Assembly (NCBI GenBank): GCA_029838195.1
Contig: JALGVJ010000001.1
Coordinates: 1 to 64,000 of the forward strand
DNA from: Promethearchaeota archaeon
GTDB lineage: Archaea; Asgardarchaeota; Lokiarchaeia; Sigyniarchaeales; SOKP01
Direction: 5' to 3'
Length of the DNA stretch: 64,000 bases
Shown: one piece after another, positions 9,159 to 19,491 of the stretch
Position numbering within the stretch: the stretch's first letter is position 1
Layout of the letters: each line of letters opens with the position of its first letter
Position numbers and translations under genes: made by a program
Notes under the pieces: model-generated
Databases searched by the model: none
What the model saw: only the letters and a program-made list of their open reading frames with translations
Told to the model about the DNA's origin: nothing

Positions 9159-10652
9159 ATGGCTTTAACACCCGAGGCTATTTTTAATGATTTTCAAAGA
9201 AACCTTATAGATAAGGAAACAGCCACGGAACTCTTTTTATCATTAATAGATAATGTAGAGAGCATGCAAATTCGAATTTTAAGTATGAAATACCTAATAA
9301 AATTAAAAGTAAGGAGCCCTAAAGTTTATAAAATTTTAGAAAACACGTGCATATCTGATTTAAATGAAAAAGTTCGAATTCAAGCAGCTAAAACCCTTAT
9401 GAACTTGCATGCGGAAAGAGCCCTCCCGCTGATGAAATGGCTCTTATTTAATGAAAGATCCTTAACTATGTTAATTTCTATTACGAAAATGGTCGGAGAA
9501 TTCAAATCACATCAAGCCAGAACCATATTGTTAAAAAAATTTGTTGAAATTAGAAAAAAAAAATATAAATATAACATAAAACATTTTCCGAAAGAGTTGA
9601 ATGCGGAAGATCTCTCGAATAGGGAATTGGGTGAGATTTTAATAAATTATTTCCTCATTTCAGCTTTAAAATTGAAATTAGGGTATATAAAATTTGAACC
9701 TAATGATTTTGGATCCATTATATCGTTAGATTTATCTAATGCAGATTATCAAGGCTTAGCGTGGAATACTCTATCAACTTCTTTAGAATCCATTCTCTCT
9801 CTTTCTTTCTTGAAAAAATTGAATTTAAGCAACAATCACTTGAGATCGCTCCCGGACATCGTGAATAAATTCAATTCGCTTGAAGAAATGGATTTGAGTC
9901 ATAATAATTTGTCCCAATTACCAGAAAGCATTTCTACCTTTGAAGATTTAAAGATTTTAAATCTCAAATCAAATCAATTAAGATTTTTACCTTCATCCAT
10001 TGGAAATCTGAAATCGTTAGAAAAATTAATTTTGAGAAATAATATTTTGAAGGAAATCCCTGAATCCTTAGGCTCTCTTACTTCTTTACAACTTTTAGAT
10101 TTACACCATAATCAATTAACGGAACTTCCCTCTACTCTTAAAAATTTAGAACATCTTTCTTTTCTCGAATTGGGATGGAACAATTTTCAAACCCTCCCTG
10201 TGGGGATAAAATCAATCTCGGCTCTTTCAGAATTGGATTTTAGTCGTAATAACTTAACAGAACTACCTCATTGGATGGAAAAATCAACAACTCTAAGAAA
10301 ATTAGACTTACCTGACAATAAATTATCAAATATTATATCTCTCCCTCCCAATTTAGAATATTTAAATTTAAGAAATAATCAGTTCACTAACCTTCCCGAA
10401 TGTTTATCCTCTTGTACATCCTTAAAAGTTTTAAATTTTAGTTGGAATCAATTAAAGACACTTCCTGATTGGATAAGTTCTTTAAAATCCCTAGAAACAC
10501 TAAATTTTTGGGGAAATAAATTAAATGAAATTCCTGAATCAATAAATGAATTGGAGAATCTTAAAATTATGTATCTTAATTTTAATAAAATTAAAGAAAT
10601 ACCAGCCCCCCTAAAAGAGCTGGAAGAAAGAGGTTGCTCGATAAAAATTTAA
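9159..10652 (+). CDS. HEAT-repeat plus leucine-rich-repeat protein
   Basis: N-terminal ISDLNEKVRIQAA HEAT-like motif; about 12 LxxLxLxxNxLxxLP repeats. Confidence 0.9.
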   Translation: MALTPEAIFNDFQRNLIDKETATELFLSLIDNVESMQIRILSMKYLIKLKVRSPKVYKILENTCISDLNEKVRIQAAKTLMNLHAERALPLMKWLLFNERSLTMLISITKMVGEFKSHQARTILLKKFVEIRKKKYKYNIKHFPKELNAEDLSNRELGEILINYFLISALKLKLGYIKFEPNDFGSIISLDLSNADYQGLAWNTLSTSLESILSLSFLKKLNLSNNHLRSLPDIVNKFNSLEEMDLSHNNLSQLPESISTFEDLKILNLKSNQLRFLPSSIGNLKSLEKLILRNNILKEIPESLGSLTSLQLLDLHHNQLTELPSTLKNLEHLSFLELGWNNFQTLPVGIKSISALSELDFSRNNLTELPHWMEKSTTLRKLDLPDNKLSNIISLPPNLEYLNLRNNQFTNLPECLSSCTSLKVLNFSWNQLKTLPDWISSLKSLETLNFWGNKLNEIPESINELENLKIMYLNFNKIKEIPAPLKELEERGCSIKI

Positions 10653-10703
10653 GAATTCCTTCCCCTCCTCCTCATAAAATTAATTTAATTCGAATAAACT
10701 TAA

Positions 10704-11843
10704 TCAAATGAGGAGAGGGTCTTTAGGAGCTAATGTAACTCGTTCGCACTTTTCTTTTTTAATGATGATATCATCCTCTATGCGAATTCCCCATTGATTT
10801 TTCCAATACAAGCCAGGTTCATTGCTATAAACCATGTTTTCTTTAAGAATTTCCTCTTTTGAAACACTTTTACTAATTCTTGCTCCTACGTCATGGACTT
10901 GAAATCCAATAGAATGACCTAAACCATGAATGAATAATTCATCCGGATTATATCCCTCCTTTCTTAAATATTCGCGGCACTTAAGGGCAGGGGTGCAGTT
11001 TTTCTCACCATCCTTATAATATTCGAGGGAAATCTCTTTAGCTTTTAAAAGAATGGAATAGGCTTTTATAAACTGTTCGGGGGGTTTAGAACCCACCCAA
11101 AAAGTCCACGTGATGTCCGAACACATTTGATTTATCCGCACACCAGTATCAATTAAAAGGACTCCTTTTTTTATCTTTTTCTGCGAGGTATTATGATGCG
11201 GATCAGCAGAATGAACGCATGAAGCTATTATTGTTTCGAAACTAGGTTCTCCTATTTTCAAGTATTCATGCTCTAATCTTGCCTTTATTTCTTTCTCCGT
11301 CATTCCAATTTTAATCCAATCAGGAAGGGTATTTAATATTTCCATTGTAACTTTACACGTCTCTCGAAGATCTTCTAAATCTTTTTCATTTTTTATCATC
11401 CGTAATTGATAAATAATGGGAGCAGCAGAAATAAATTCAACATTATAAGCGAGGGAATTCAAGGCAAAATAATCCCCCACGCGAAGATAATCCGCATATT
11501 CCGTATTGTCCTTAGAATTAAAAATCTTCCCATAATTTAATGCAATCCGTTTATTATTCAAAATTTTTCTTAATTTATTTTTAAGCTCCCCCATATTCTC
11601 ATATACTTCCACATTTACTTGAATGCCTTGATGGTCTAATGCTTTTTTTATCATGAACGCCTCCATGGGAACAGAAAACACCGCATGATGCCCATCGGCG
11701 GCAATGAAAATATAATGTCGCCCATGAGTTTTTATTCCTAACATGAATTCTGAATGTATATCACTCTGCTCATTGCAAACTATGAGCCAGCCATCGCAAT
11801 TCTTCTCACGTAAAATATTACAAGCTTGTTCAAATTTATTCAT
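10704..11843 (-). CDS. Xaa-Pro aminopeptidase (M24B)
   Basis: DPHH, IDTG, SDITWT, HGLGHSIG..VHD, NEPGLY and GIRIEDD metal-binding motifs. Confidence 0.92.
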   Translation of the reverse strand: MNKFEQACNILREKNCDGWLIVCNEQSDIHSEFMLGIKTHGRHYIFIAADGHHAVFSVPMEAFMIKKALDHQGIQVNVEVYENMGELKNKLRKILNNKRIALNYGKIFNSKDNTEYADYLRVGDYFALNSLAYNVEFISAAPIIYQLRMIKNEKDLEDLRETCKVTMEILNTLPDWIKIGMTEKEIKARLEHEYLKIGEPSFETIIASCVHSADPHHNTSQKKIKKGVLLIDTGVRINQMCSDITWTFWVGSKPPEQFIKAYSILLKAKEISLEYYKDGEKNCTPALKCREYLRKEGYNPDELFIHGLGHSIGFQVHDVGARISKSVSKEEILKENMVYSNEPGLYWKNQWGIRIEDDIIIKKEKCERVTLAPKDPLLI

Positions 11844-11931
11844 GAGATTATTCTATTTCTAAATGTTTTTTAGGAGGAAAAATGTTTTTAATAAAAATTA
11901 ATCTTTTTAATTCTAGACGAATAAAGGAGAA

Positions 11932-13467
11932 TTATATTCTCTCAATCATCATGCCTCCTAATATGATTGGACCTCCTGTAGAATTATAAATCTTTTCAGC
12001 TTTCTTTAGTTTTGATTGGCTATCCGAGTATATCCTAAAAATTAAATCCCCTTCGGTAATTCTTGCCCCTTGTTTTTTAAATAATTCTACACCTGCGGTC
12101 TTGGAGCCAGGACAGCCGGCAGCCTTCGCTATTTTATTAATTATTGCGTTATTTACTTCCGTTATATGGCCTGATTTTGAGCTATAAAATTCTTTTTTAT
12201 AGGGCCCCAATTTAATATCAGAAGGTTTAATGTCAGGGTTGCCGCCTTGAGTTTCAATTATACCTCTCATCTTTTCATATGCTTTACCCGAGCGTAATAT
12301 TTCTTTTGCTAAGGTTTGACCTTGACCTCTCTCTGCTTTTCCTCCCATTTCTAATAAAATTCCTGCTAGAGAAGTTGATTTTTCAATTAAGGAATTTGGT
12401 CCAGCAGAATAATCTATTAATAAATTTAAAGCTTCCATTGCCTCAATAGCAGGTCCTACTGTGTGTCCGATGGGCTGATGGGCCAATGTAAGAGCACATT
12501 CAGCTTGAATTCCCACTTTTTTTGCTATTTCTTTAAATCGCAAGGCAAATTGATGACCGTCCTCAACTTTCGGAAATTTTGTTCCTTGACCTACGGGTAT
12601 ATCTAATACGAGTTTTTTTACGCCCATGCTAAGCTTTTTCGCTAAAATTGAGGGAATCATTAGACCAATAGGGTCCATGTGAAGTGGGCGTTCAATTTCA
12701 ATCAATATATTATCAGCAGGAGCAATATCAAGTGCTCCTCCCCACGCAATACAGGCCTTCTCTTTGGAGATGATCTTTTTTAACTCATCTGAGTTAAATG
12801 AAACAGGGGCAAGCGTTTCCATGGAATCTGCTGTCCCTGATGGCGATGTAATAGCTCTAGTGGATGTTTTTGGGATTAATAATCCCGCAGCAGCTACTAT
12901 TGGAACTATAATTAGGGAAACTTTATTTCCGGGGACTCCTCCAGTACTGTGCTTGTCAAATACATTAGGTCCGAAGTCAAAAATTTCTCCACTCTTCGCT
13001 TCCGCTATTGTTAGAGATGTTATCTCATCATTATCCATGCCATTTATAGAAACGGCCGTAATAAATGCCGCTAAATCGATTTTTGATAAAGATCCAGCGA
13101 CCGCATCATTAATTATACTAGTAATTTCCTCGCTTGTTAATTTTCCGCCTCTAATTTTTTTTTGGACAAAAGTAAACGAATCGGGTGGTTCAACTGGTTT
13201 AACTGATACGAACGAATCCTCTTTTAGATCTTCCTTTTCATTTAATAAATCTATGAATATTCCAATTTCACCGGGCTTCACTAATGCATTTGAATAATCA
13301 ATTTGCACTATCGCATGCCAATATTTATCTTCAATGGATTTAGCATCAATATTTTTAATGATTATTCTCTCTCCAGCTTTTTGCCCTATCTTGAGAGCAT
13401 CTTCGGGACTTAAGATTACATCTCTTTTATTGCCGGCAAAATTTATTTTCTTAACTTTTAATTTCAT
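11932..13467 (-). CDS. deoA: AMP phosphorylase (thymidine phosphorylase family)
   Basis: DKHSTGGVPGNK, PKTSTRAITSPSGTAD and SILAKK, plus the archaeal N-terminal extension; about 510 aa. Confidence 0.9.
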   Translation of the reverse strand: MKLKVKKINFAGNKRDVILSPEDALKIGQKAGERIIIKNIDAKSIEDKYWHAIVQIDYSNALVKPGEIGIFIDLLNEKEDLKEDSFVSVKPVEPPDSFTFVQKKIRGGKLTSEEITSIINDAVAGSLSKIDLAAFITAVSINGMDNDEITSLTIAEAKSGEIFDFGPNVFDKHSTGGVPGNKVSLIIVPIVAAAGLLIPKTSTRAITSPSGTADSMETLAPVSFNSDELKKIISKEKACIAWGGALDIAPADNILIEIERPLHMDPIGLMIPSILAKKLSMGVKKLVLDIPVGQGTKFPKVEDGHQFALRFKEIAKKVGIQAECALTLAHQPIGHTVGPAIEAMEALNLLIDYSAGPNSLIEKSTSLAGILLEMGGKAERGQGQTLAKEILRSGKAYEKMRGIIETQGGNPDIKPSDIKLGPYKKEFYSSKSGHITEVNNAIINKIAKAAGCPGSKTAGVELFKKQGARITEGDLIFRIYSDSQSKLKKAEKIYNSTGGPIILGGMMIERI

Positions 13468-13735
13468 GATTTTTCCTTATAAAACATGTAAACCCATGAA
13501 TTAAAAGGTTTATTCTAATATAAGAATGCTTATTTCAGCATGCGGTGAAGTGAATTTTCAAAAAAGGGAGGTGTTTTCAAGAAGGAATTATTTATTTTTA
13601 AAGAAAATAAAACTCAAACTATTTTAGAACAAAACAATTTTAGAGTTTTTAATGTCCAAATATTTTATGAGAATGAAATATTTTTATAAAATAAAATCAT
13701 AAATTTAAAAACTCCGCTTGCTTAATTGAGCAATA

Positions 13736-15238
13736 ATGGAAATGTTTCCTCATAAGATTCTCGAAAATTTTCATCGAAAACTCGTGAATAAAGATAATGC
13801 ATTAGAAAAAATCTTGTCTATCATCGAAAATTCGGAAAGCGTGGAAGACAGAATAGAAAGCATGGACATCTTAAAAAAATTACACCCTGAGGATGAGCTG
13901 GTTTTTAAAATTTTAGAAAGCTTGCTTCTTTCGGACTCTAATGAATTAGTAAGGGTTCATGCGACGGATGCGATTCGAGAACTTTTCCTTGAACAAGCTT
14001 TTCCTTTAATGAAATGGGCCTATGAGCATGAAACTTCCTTGACTTGTTTGATCCGGATTGTTGAAACCTTAGGAGCCATGCAAAACGCATTTTCTGGGGC
14101 GTTTTTAAGGAATCGTCTCGAGAATATTCCTAATCCACGCTTTAAAAGAGAGATACAGCAAATTTACGAGAAACATGAGGAAATACGAGATGCTCATCTT
14201 GCCCAAATTTTGATTAATTATCTCATTATTGATTTTTTAGAAAAAAAGTTTAATAGAATAGATTATACGCTTCAAGATGGGCTCATTACTGAATTAGACC
14301 TTAGTTATATTGGAAGCCAAGTATTCAGCACCGCCATTTTAAAAAAACTGCCCGAGGTCATTCATTATCTTCATGAATTAAAAAAATTAGATTTGAAAAT
14401 CAATAGATTATCTAAAATCTCCCCTTCAATAAGTTCCTTGACTTCCTTGAATTACATGGATCTGAGTTATAATAAATTAAAATCATTACCTTCAACGATC
14501 AGTTCCTTGACCTCTTTAAACACGTTGTACTTGCGGTACAATCAATTAGAACAATTACCTTCTTCTATTGGAAACTTGACATCTTTAAAAATATTGGACT
14601 TGCGTTCGAATAATCTTAAAAATCTTCCGGAAACGTTGGGTAATTTAAAAGAATTAGAAATACTTGATGTTCACGGAAATCAATTGGAAGAATTACCAGA
14701 TACGTTAGGAAATTTAATATCTCTTCAATCTTTAGAACTGGGATTAAATTACTTAATTCATCTTCCAAGAAGCATCAAAAATTTATCAAAATTAAAGACA
14801 TTAGTCCTTGGAGGGAATCAACATCTCAAGATTAGCTGTCTTGAACAAGTTCAACATTTTCAGGCTCTTCAAGAATTACAGCTTTATGATAATAATTTAG
14901 ATAAATTAATTCCCTCCATTTCGAAACTAACATCATTAGAGAGATTGAATTTGAGAAATAATAGATTAGAAACAATCCCAAAGGAACTAAAGACCTTAAA
15001 ACATTTAAAAGCTTTAAATTTAAGTTGGAATCACATCATTGAAGTACCGGAGTGGATCCTTGAGTTAAAATCGCTGGAAGAATTAATTTTATGGGGAAAT
15101 CATCTCGAAGAATTTCCCAAAATTGTATTAGAACTTCCCTCTCTTAAACTTATAGACTTAAATTTTAATAGAATTTCTGCTATAAATTCAAACATTATTG
15201 ATATTTTAAAAAAAAAAGGAGTTAAACTTCTAAGGTAA
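13736..15238 (+). CDS. HEAT-repeat plus LRR protein (paralogue of 9159..10652)
   Basis: LLLSDSNELVRVHA motif; about 12 LRRs. Confidence 0.9.
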   Translation: MEMFPHKILENFHRKLVNKDNALEKILSIIENSESVEDRIESMDILKKLHPEDELVFKILESLLLSDSNELVRVHATDAIRELFLEQAFPLMKWAYEHETSLTCLIRIVETLGAMQNAFSGAFLRNRLENIPNPRFKREIQQIYEKHEEIRDAHLAQILINYLIIDFLEKKFNRIDYTLQDGLITELDLSYIGSQVFSTAILKKLPEVIHYLHELKKLDLKINRLSKISPSISSLTSLNYMDLSYNKLKSLPSTISSLTSLNTLYLRYNQLEQLPSSIGNLTSLKILDLRSNNLKNLPETLGNLKELEILDVHGNQLEELPDTLGNLISLQSLELGLNYLIHLPRSIKNLSKLKTLVLGGNQHLKISCLEQVQHFQALQELQLYDNNLDKLIPSISKLTSLERLNLRNNRLETIPKELKTLKHLKALNLSWNHIIEVPEWILELKSLEELILWGNHLEEFPKIVLELPSLKLIDLNFNRISAINSNIIDILKKKGVKLLR

Positions 15239-15245
15239 GATCCTT

Positions 15246-16616
15246 TTGAAATATAATTCTCTCCGGTTGCTTATTGAAAAATTTCATTCGAGTAAAATAA
15301 ATAGACCTTTATTAATTAGTCAATTATTAGAGATATTAGAAACCGGTGAAGACGTGGAGGCTCGATTGGAAAGCATCTCCATTTTAGATACTTTAAAAGT
15401 AAAAAATGAACAATATTATAATACATTGGAGAATCTTTTAATATCCGAGTCGAATTGGGAGATTCGAAAAGCAGCAGCAACGAGTTTAAAATCAAATTTT
15501 CCTAACACCTGCTATGAACCTTTAAAATGGGCTCTATTCCATGATGATGTCCCTTTAAGTTTAAAAACCATATTTACTTATTTAATAGAAATCATCAAGG
15601 AGAAAGCACGGCATGAATCAAGTGAAGTCCGGAAATTCCTAATCAACGAAATAAATCAGATAAATATTAAAGAATTTAAAATAGGATTAGAAGAATTATG
15701 CACAAAAACTTCCTTAAATAGAATTGAGTTAAAAGAATTAAAAGAAATTATAATAAATTATTTTACTTACGTTTATTTACGAAATATTTATTGGAGGTTA
15801 AAAATCAAGGTAGAATCATGTAAAATAACCGAATTAGACTTTATTTTTAAAGGATTGAAACGTATTCCCGATGCAATACAACATTTAACATCCTTAAAAA
15901 AATTAGTTCTTAGATATAATCAATTAGAAGAAATTCCCAATTGGTTGGGAACCCTCCATTCTTTAACTGTATTGAATTTGAACGTAAATAATATAATGTA
16001 TTTACCCCGCTCTATTGGTGAATTAAAAAACTTGGAAGAACTTTCTCTATGGAAGAATGAATTGAATTTGATTCCTTCCTCTCTAGGTTCGCTTCATTCA
16101 TTAAAAAATTTGAATTTACGTCTTAATAAATTAATTGAATTGCCCGACTCGATTTGTAATTTAAAATCGCTTATTTTCTTAAACCTTCACGATAATAAAT
16201 TGAAAGCCTTACCCGACTCTATAGGAAACTTGTCTTCTTTAAAGATGCTCAATTTGAGTTGGAATGAATTAATTTCCTTACCCGATTCAATAGGAGCTTT
16301 AAAATCATTAGAAATCCTAGATTTAGAAAGAAATCAACTAACTTTTTTACCAGACTCAATTGGTTCATTAAAATCTTTAGAAGTTTTAAATTTAAAAGAT
16401 AATAAAATAAAAAGATTGCCAAAGACGATTAAAAATTTAAAATCTTTAAAAACATTGAACTTAACAAGAAATGAGCTGGCTGAAGTGCCAGAATTTCTAA
16501 GTGAATTGGCCTCCTTAGAAGAATTGTATTTAGGAGAAAATCACGTGTTAGAATTACCTAGCTCCTTAAAACGTCTTGAAAAACACAGGCAAGAAAAATT
16601 AAAAATTTATTGGTAA
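15246..16616 (+). CDS. HEAT-repeat plus LRR protein
   Basis: LLISESNWEIRKAAA motif; about 10 LRRs; TTG start 7 nt after the previous stop. Confidence 0.88.
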   Translation: MKYNSLRLLIEKFHSSKINRPLLISQLLEILETGEDVEARLESISILDTLKVKNEQYYNTLENLLISESNWEIRKAAATSLKSNFPNTCYEPLKWALFHDDVPLSLKTIFTYLIEIIKEKARHESSEVRKFLINEINQINIKEFKIGLEELCTKTSLNRIELKELKEIIINYFTYVYLRNIYWRLKIKVESCKITELDFIFKGLKRIPDAIQHLTSLKKLVLRYNQLEEIPNWLGTLHSLTVLNLNVNNIMYLPRSIGELKNLEELSLWKNELNLIPSSLGSLHSLKNLNLRLNKLIELPDSICNLKSLIFLNLHDNKLKALPDSIGNLSSLKMLNLSWNELISLPDSIGALKSLEILDLERNQLTFLPDSIGSLKSLEVLNLKDNKIKRLPKTIKNLKSLKTLNLTRNELAEVPEFLSELASLEELYLGENHVLELPSSLKRLEKHRQEKLKIYW

Positions 16617-16629
16617 ATGGTAGTATAAA

Positions 16630-18378
16630 TTAACCCGATTGAAGTTCATATAATTCTTTTATCTCTGCTAAGGTGGTTATATCTTTTGGTCCTTTATCCG
16701 CACGAAAGCGCTTGAATACGGGGAATCGAAGGCTATAGGACTCATCTCTTACTGTAATTTCATCACCCATTATTTCTATTACAATTTGGGGTTCTAGCCA
16801 TGTATCGGGAGTCTCATCTGAGATCACGGATTTGGGCTTAGAACTTAATTCGATAGGTTTCACTTTTTTCATTAATTCTTCCATGATTTCATCCGTCCAA
16901 CCAGAGGCTATTCTTGTAAATGTCAAAAAGCTGTCCGTGGATGGATCATAGATCGCGCCGAGATATGTACCATATACGCCTTTTCTCCTTCCTCGGCCAT
17001 AATTTGCTCCCACCAGTACCACATCTATTGTATCTTTTAGTTTACTTCCTTCTAATCCTTTCATTTTTAACCATTTAAACCCTCTATTCCCTGCCTGGTA
17101 TATCGAATCTTCCTTTATCGATTTCGCCATTATCCCCTCTGCCCCTTCATTTCGTGCCTTATTGAAGAAATTTAATAAATCTTCGATGGATTCAATTTTG
17201 ATGGATTGGACTAATCTGAGCTCATCTCTCTCTTCAATTATCTCTTCCAATTTCTTTCTTCTTTTTGGTAAAGGATAGTCAATAAAGGGCTCATCCTCAT
17301 GTTGAAGGAGATCAAACGCGAATAAACAAACAGGGATCTCTTTAGAAACATCCTCTACATCATGTTTTCTCCTCCGCTTACTCAATTCTTGGAAAGGAAG
17401 CATTTTTTCATAAAATGTATCCATTGCAACCACTTCTCCTTCGATGATCACTCTCTTGGCCTTTACGTTTTCCCGTATTACTTGACACACATCCGGATAT
17501 TGGTTTGAAATGTCATTTAGAATTCGAGAAAATAAGTATATTTTATCTCCTACTTTATGTACTTGTAATCTCTCCCCATCTAATTTATATTCTACTACAA
17601 AAGGAACGCCCAATCTAGAAGGAATTTCAAGGTAGGGAACACGGGAAGCTAACATCATTCGAATGGGGGTTCCATATGTAATTTTTATGTTTTTCACGGC
17701 ATCAATGCCTTTTTCTGCTAATAACTTCGTGACATCTCCTAAATCCGGATGGAGATTAAACGCTCGCTCAATAATGTCACGATTTTCTTTCGTTCCCGTG
17801 AACCCCAATGCAATTCCTTCGATAATTGTTTGAGTGGATGCACCGACTCTCAAGGTGGATGTAATGATTCTTAAAAGGTATTTGGTTTCCAAGGGAGAAC
17901 ATTTGCTCATTAACCCCCGTAATATTCCTAATTTTACATCTTGAGAGCCACTTCCTTCACTTCTTGCTATTTTTTCTAATTCGGAATATAATTCAGCAAT
18001 TTCTAAGGATTGCTTTCCAAGATCTGTTGCGTTAAAATCTAATATAGACTTCTGTTTTTTCTTTTTCTTCAATATCTCTTCAGCAGCTCCCCCCACATCT
18101 CCAATTTTGATTAAAATTTCTTTAATTTTTTTTTTATCAATCCCCGAATGAACGGATAATGCTTCAATTATCATTTTCTCAGCAATCCCTAACTTAGAAA
18201 ATTGCTTGATGTTGGAAACTAGTTGACCTTGCAATAGATAAATGATTTTATCTAAATCCTTGAAATCTCCTGTTTCCTTGATCTTTTTAAAAAAGGTGGA
18301 AAGGATGTCAATCATTTCAAGGCGCTTGGTTGTCGACTCCAAGGCATTGAATAATTTCGCCAATTCTTGAAATTTCAT
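16630..18378 (-). CDS. lig: ATP-dependent DNA ligase
   Basis: EYKLDGER (motif I), EGEVV, FDLL, EGIMAK, WLKMK and SLRFPVF. Confidence 0.96.
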   Translation of the reverse strand: MKFQELAKLFNALESTTKRLEMIDILSTFFKKIKETGDFKDLDKIIYLLQGQLVSNIKQFSKLGIAEKMIIEALSVHSGIDKKKIKEILIKIGDVGGAAEEILKKKKKQKSILDFNATDLGKQSLEIAELYSELEKIARSEGSGSQDVKLGILRGLMSKCSPLETKYLLRIITSTLRVGASTQTIIEGIALGFTGTKENRDIIERAFNLHPDLGDVTKLLAEKGIDAVKNIKITYGTPIRMMLASRVPYLEIPSRLGVPFVVEYKLDGERLQVHKVGDKIYLFSRILNDISNQYPDVCQVIRENVKAKRVIIEGEVVAMDTFYEKMLPFQELSKRRRKHDVEDVSKEIPVCLFAFDLLQHEDEPFIDYPLPKRRKKLEEIIEERDELRLVQSIKIESIEDLLNFFNKARNEGAEGIMAKSIKEDSIYQAGNRGFKWLKMKGLEGSKLKDTIDVVLVGANYGRGRRKGVYGTYLGAIYDPSTDSFLTFTRIASGWTDEIMEELMKKVKPIELSSKPKSVISDETPDTWLEPQIVIEIMGDEITVRDESYSLRFPVFKRFRADKGPKDITTLAEIKELYELQSG

Positions 18379-18510
18379 GAATTTTTTACCTCGTAAGAAA
18401 AATTGAATTAATTAATGATGGATCCATGAATACAAGAAAATTAAAAATATATACCAAATAGAATTTATTTTTTCTTAATAAAATAATAGAAAAAGGGAAA
18501 AAAAAAACCT

Positions 18511-19383
18511 TTATTTGAGCATTTTTGATAACTCCACGTAACTCTTCTTAATTGCATCGGAAATCTTGGTGGATATGCCATTGAAACTGTCACGTGAAAA
18601 ACTCAGTTTTGCCCCTTCTTTTACGCTAAATTGACAAATAGGCCCGTCGATCATTTCGACCCCAATGCTTCCATCACTCTTCTTACTTATCCATAAATCA
18701 TCATAATGATCTAAAATGCTAATGATTACAAACGCAATCCTACATTTTGTTAATAAATCTTGCTCTTCACTTTTTACCGTGGAAAGTTCAGCTTTTTCAA
18801 CAGGTTCTTTCGCGCTGACGGACTCTTGTCCCGTAGTGGATATCTTGGTCTCTGTTGGAGGCATTACTTCAAGTTTTGGTCTTGAAATTACAGTTTCTGG
18901 AGCTTTAACTTCCGCTTTTGGTGTTATTTTCGGTTCTATTTTTACTTTCGGTTCTTCCACAGAGATGGGTTTTATGCCTTCTTTTACGGCTTCAGCTTCT
19001 TTTATTTGAAAAGTAATTAATTTGTCCTCTATTTTTTTAAATTTTCTGTTTAAAACTTGCTGGAATTCTTCCCATTTTTCCGTCTCTTCTGGTACTCTTC
19101 CTACTTTTCGACTATCTATTTCTTTAATCACTCTAATGTCTCTACCTATAATGCTTTTATCCATGGTATACCCATGGCCTTTTAAAGATTCAGCCTGTCG
19201 TAAAGCTGTTCGACGAGCTACGAGACCTTGCCTTGCACCATGCCAGAGATACAAGGTTAAACTACTTTCGTCCAAGACAATTATGGATTTGTCTGGTTGT
19301 AAATTGTCCTTACTCCACTCTACGGGAACAATTACGCCTCCTTCTTGAACATCAAACATGATAGCGAAATCCAATTTGCTCAC
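18511..19383 (-). CDS. gelsolin-like domain, P/E/K-rich linker and C-terminal domain (1DGelX-like)
   Basis: LQPDKSIIVLD..TLYLWHGARQGLVARRTALRQA matches the gelsolin-repeat pattern (LD...IYxWxG...helix). Confidence 0.6.
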   Translation of the reverse strand: MSKLDFAIMFDVQEGGVIVPVEWSKDNLQPDKSIIVLDESSLTLYLWHGARQGLVARRTALRQAESLKGHGYTMDKSIIGRDIRVIKEIDSRKVGRVPEETEKWEEFQQVLNRKFKKIEDKLITFQIKEAEAVKEGIKPISVEEPKVKIEPKITPKAEVKAPETVISRPKLEVMPPTETKISTTGQESVSAKEPVEKAELSTVKSEEQDLLTKCRIAFVIISILDHYDDLWISKKSDGSIGVEMIDGPICQFSVKEGAKLSFSRDSFNGISTKISDAIKKSYVELSKMLK

Positions 19384-19491
19384 TTTTTCATGGCAATTTG
19401 AGAATACATGTCACATTTTTGATATAATTAACATGGTGTATAACCTTAAAAAATTAAGCCTTTCTAAGATCTATAGATCTCTCATTCCTTT

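Noticed and set aside
12764-13297. 177-aa plus-strand ORF and similar antisense ORFs (e.g. 21646, 18716, 41875, 62203)
   Set aside because: Antisense to well-supported genes and without motifs.
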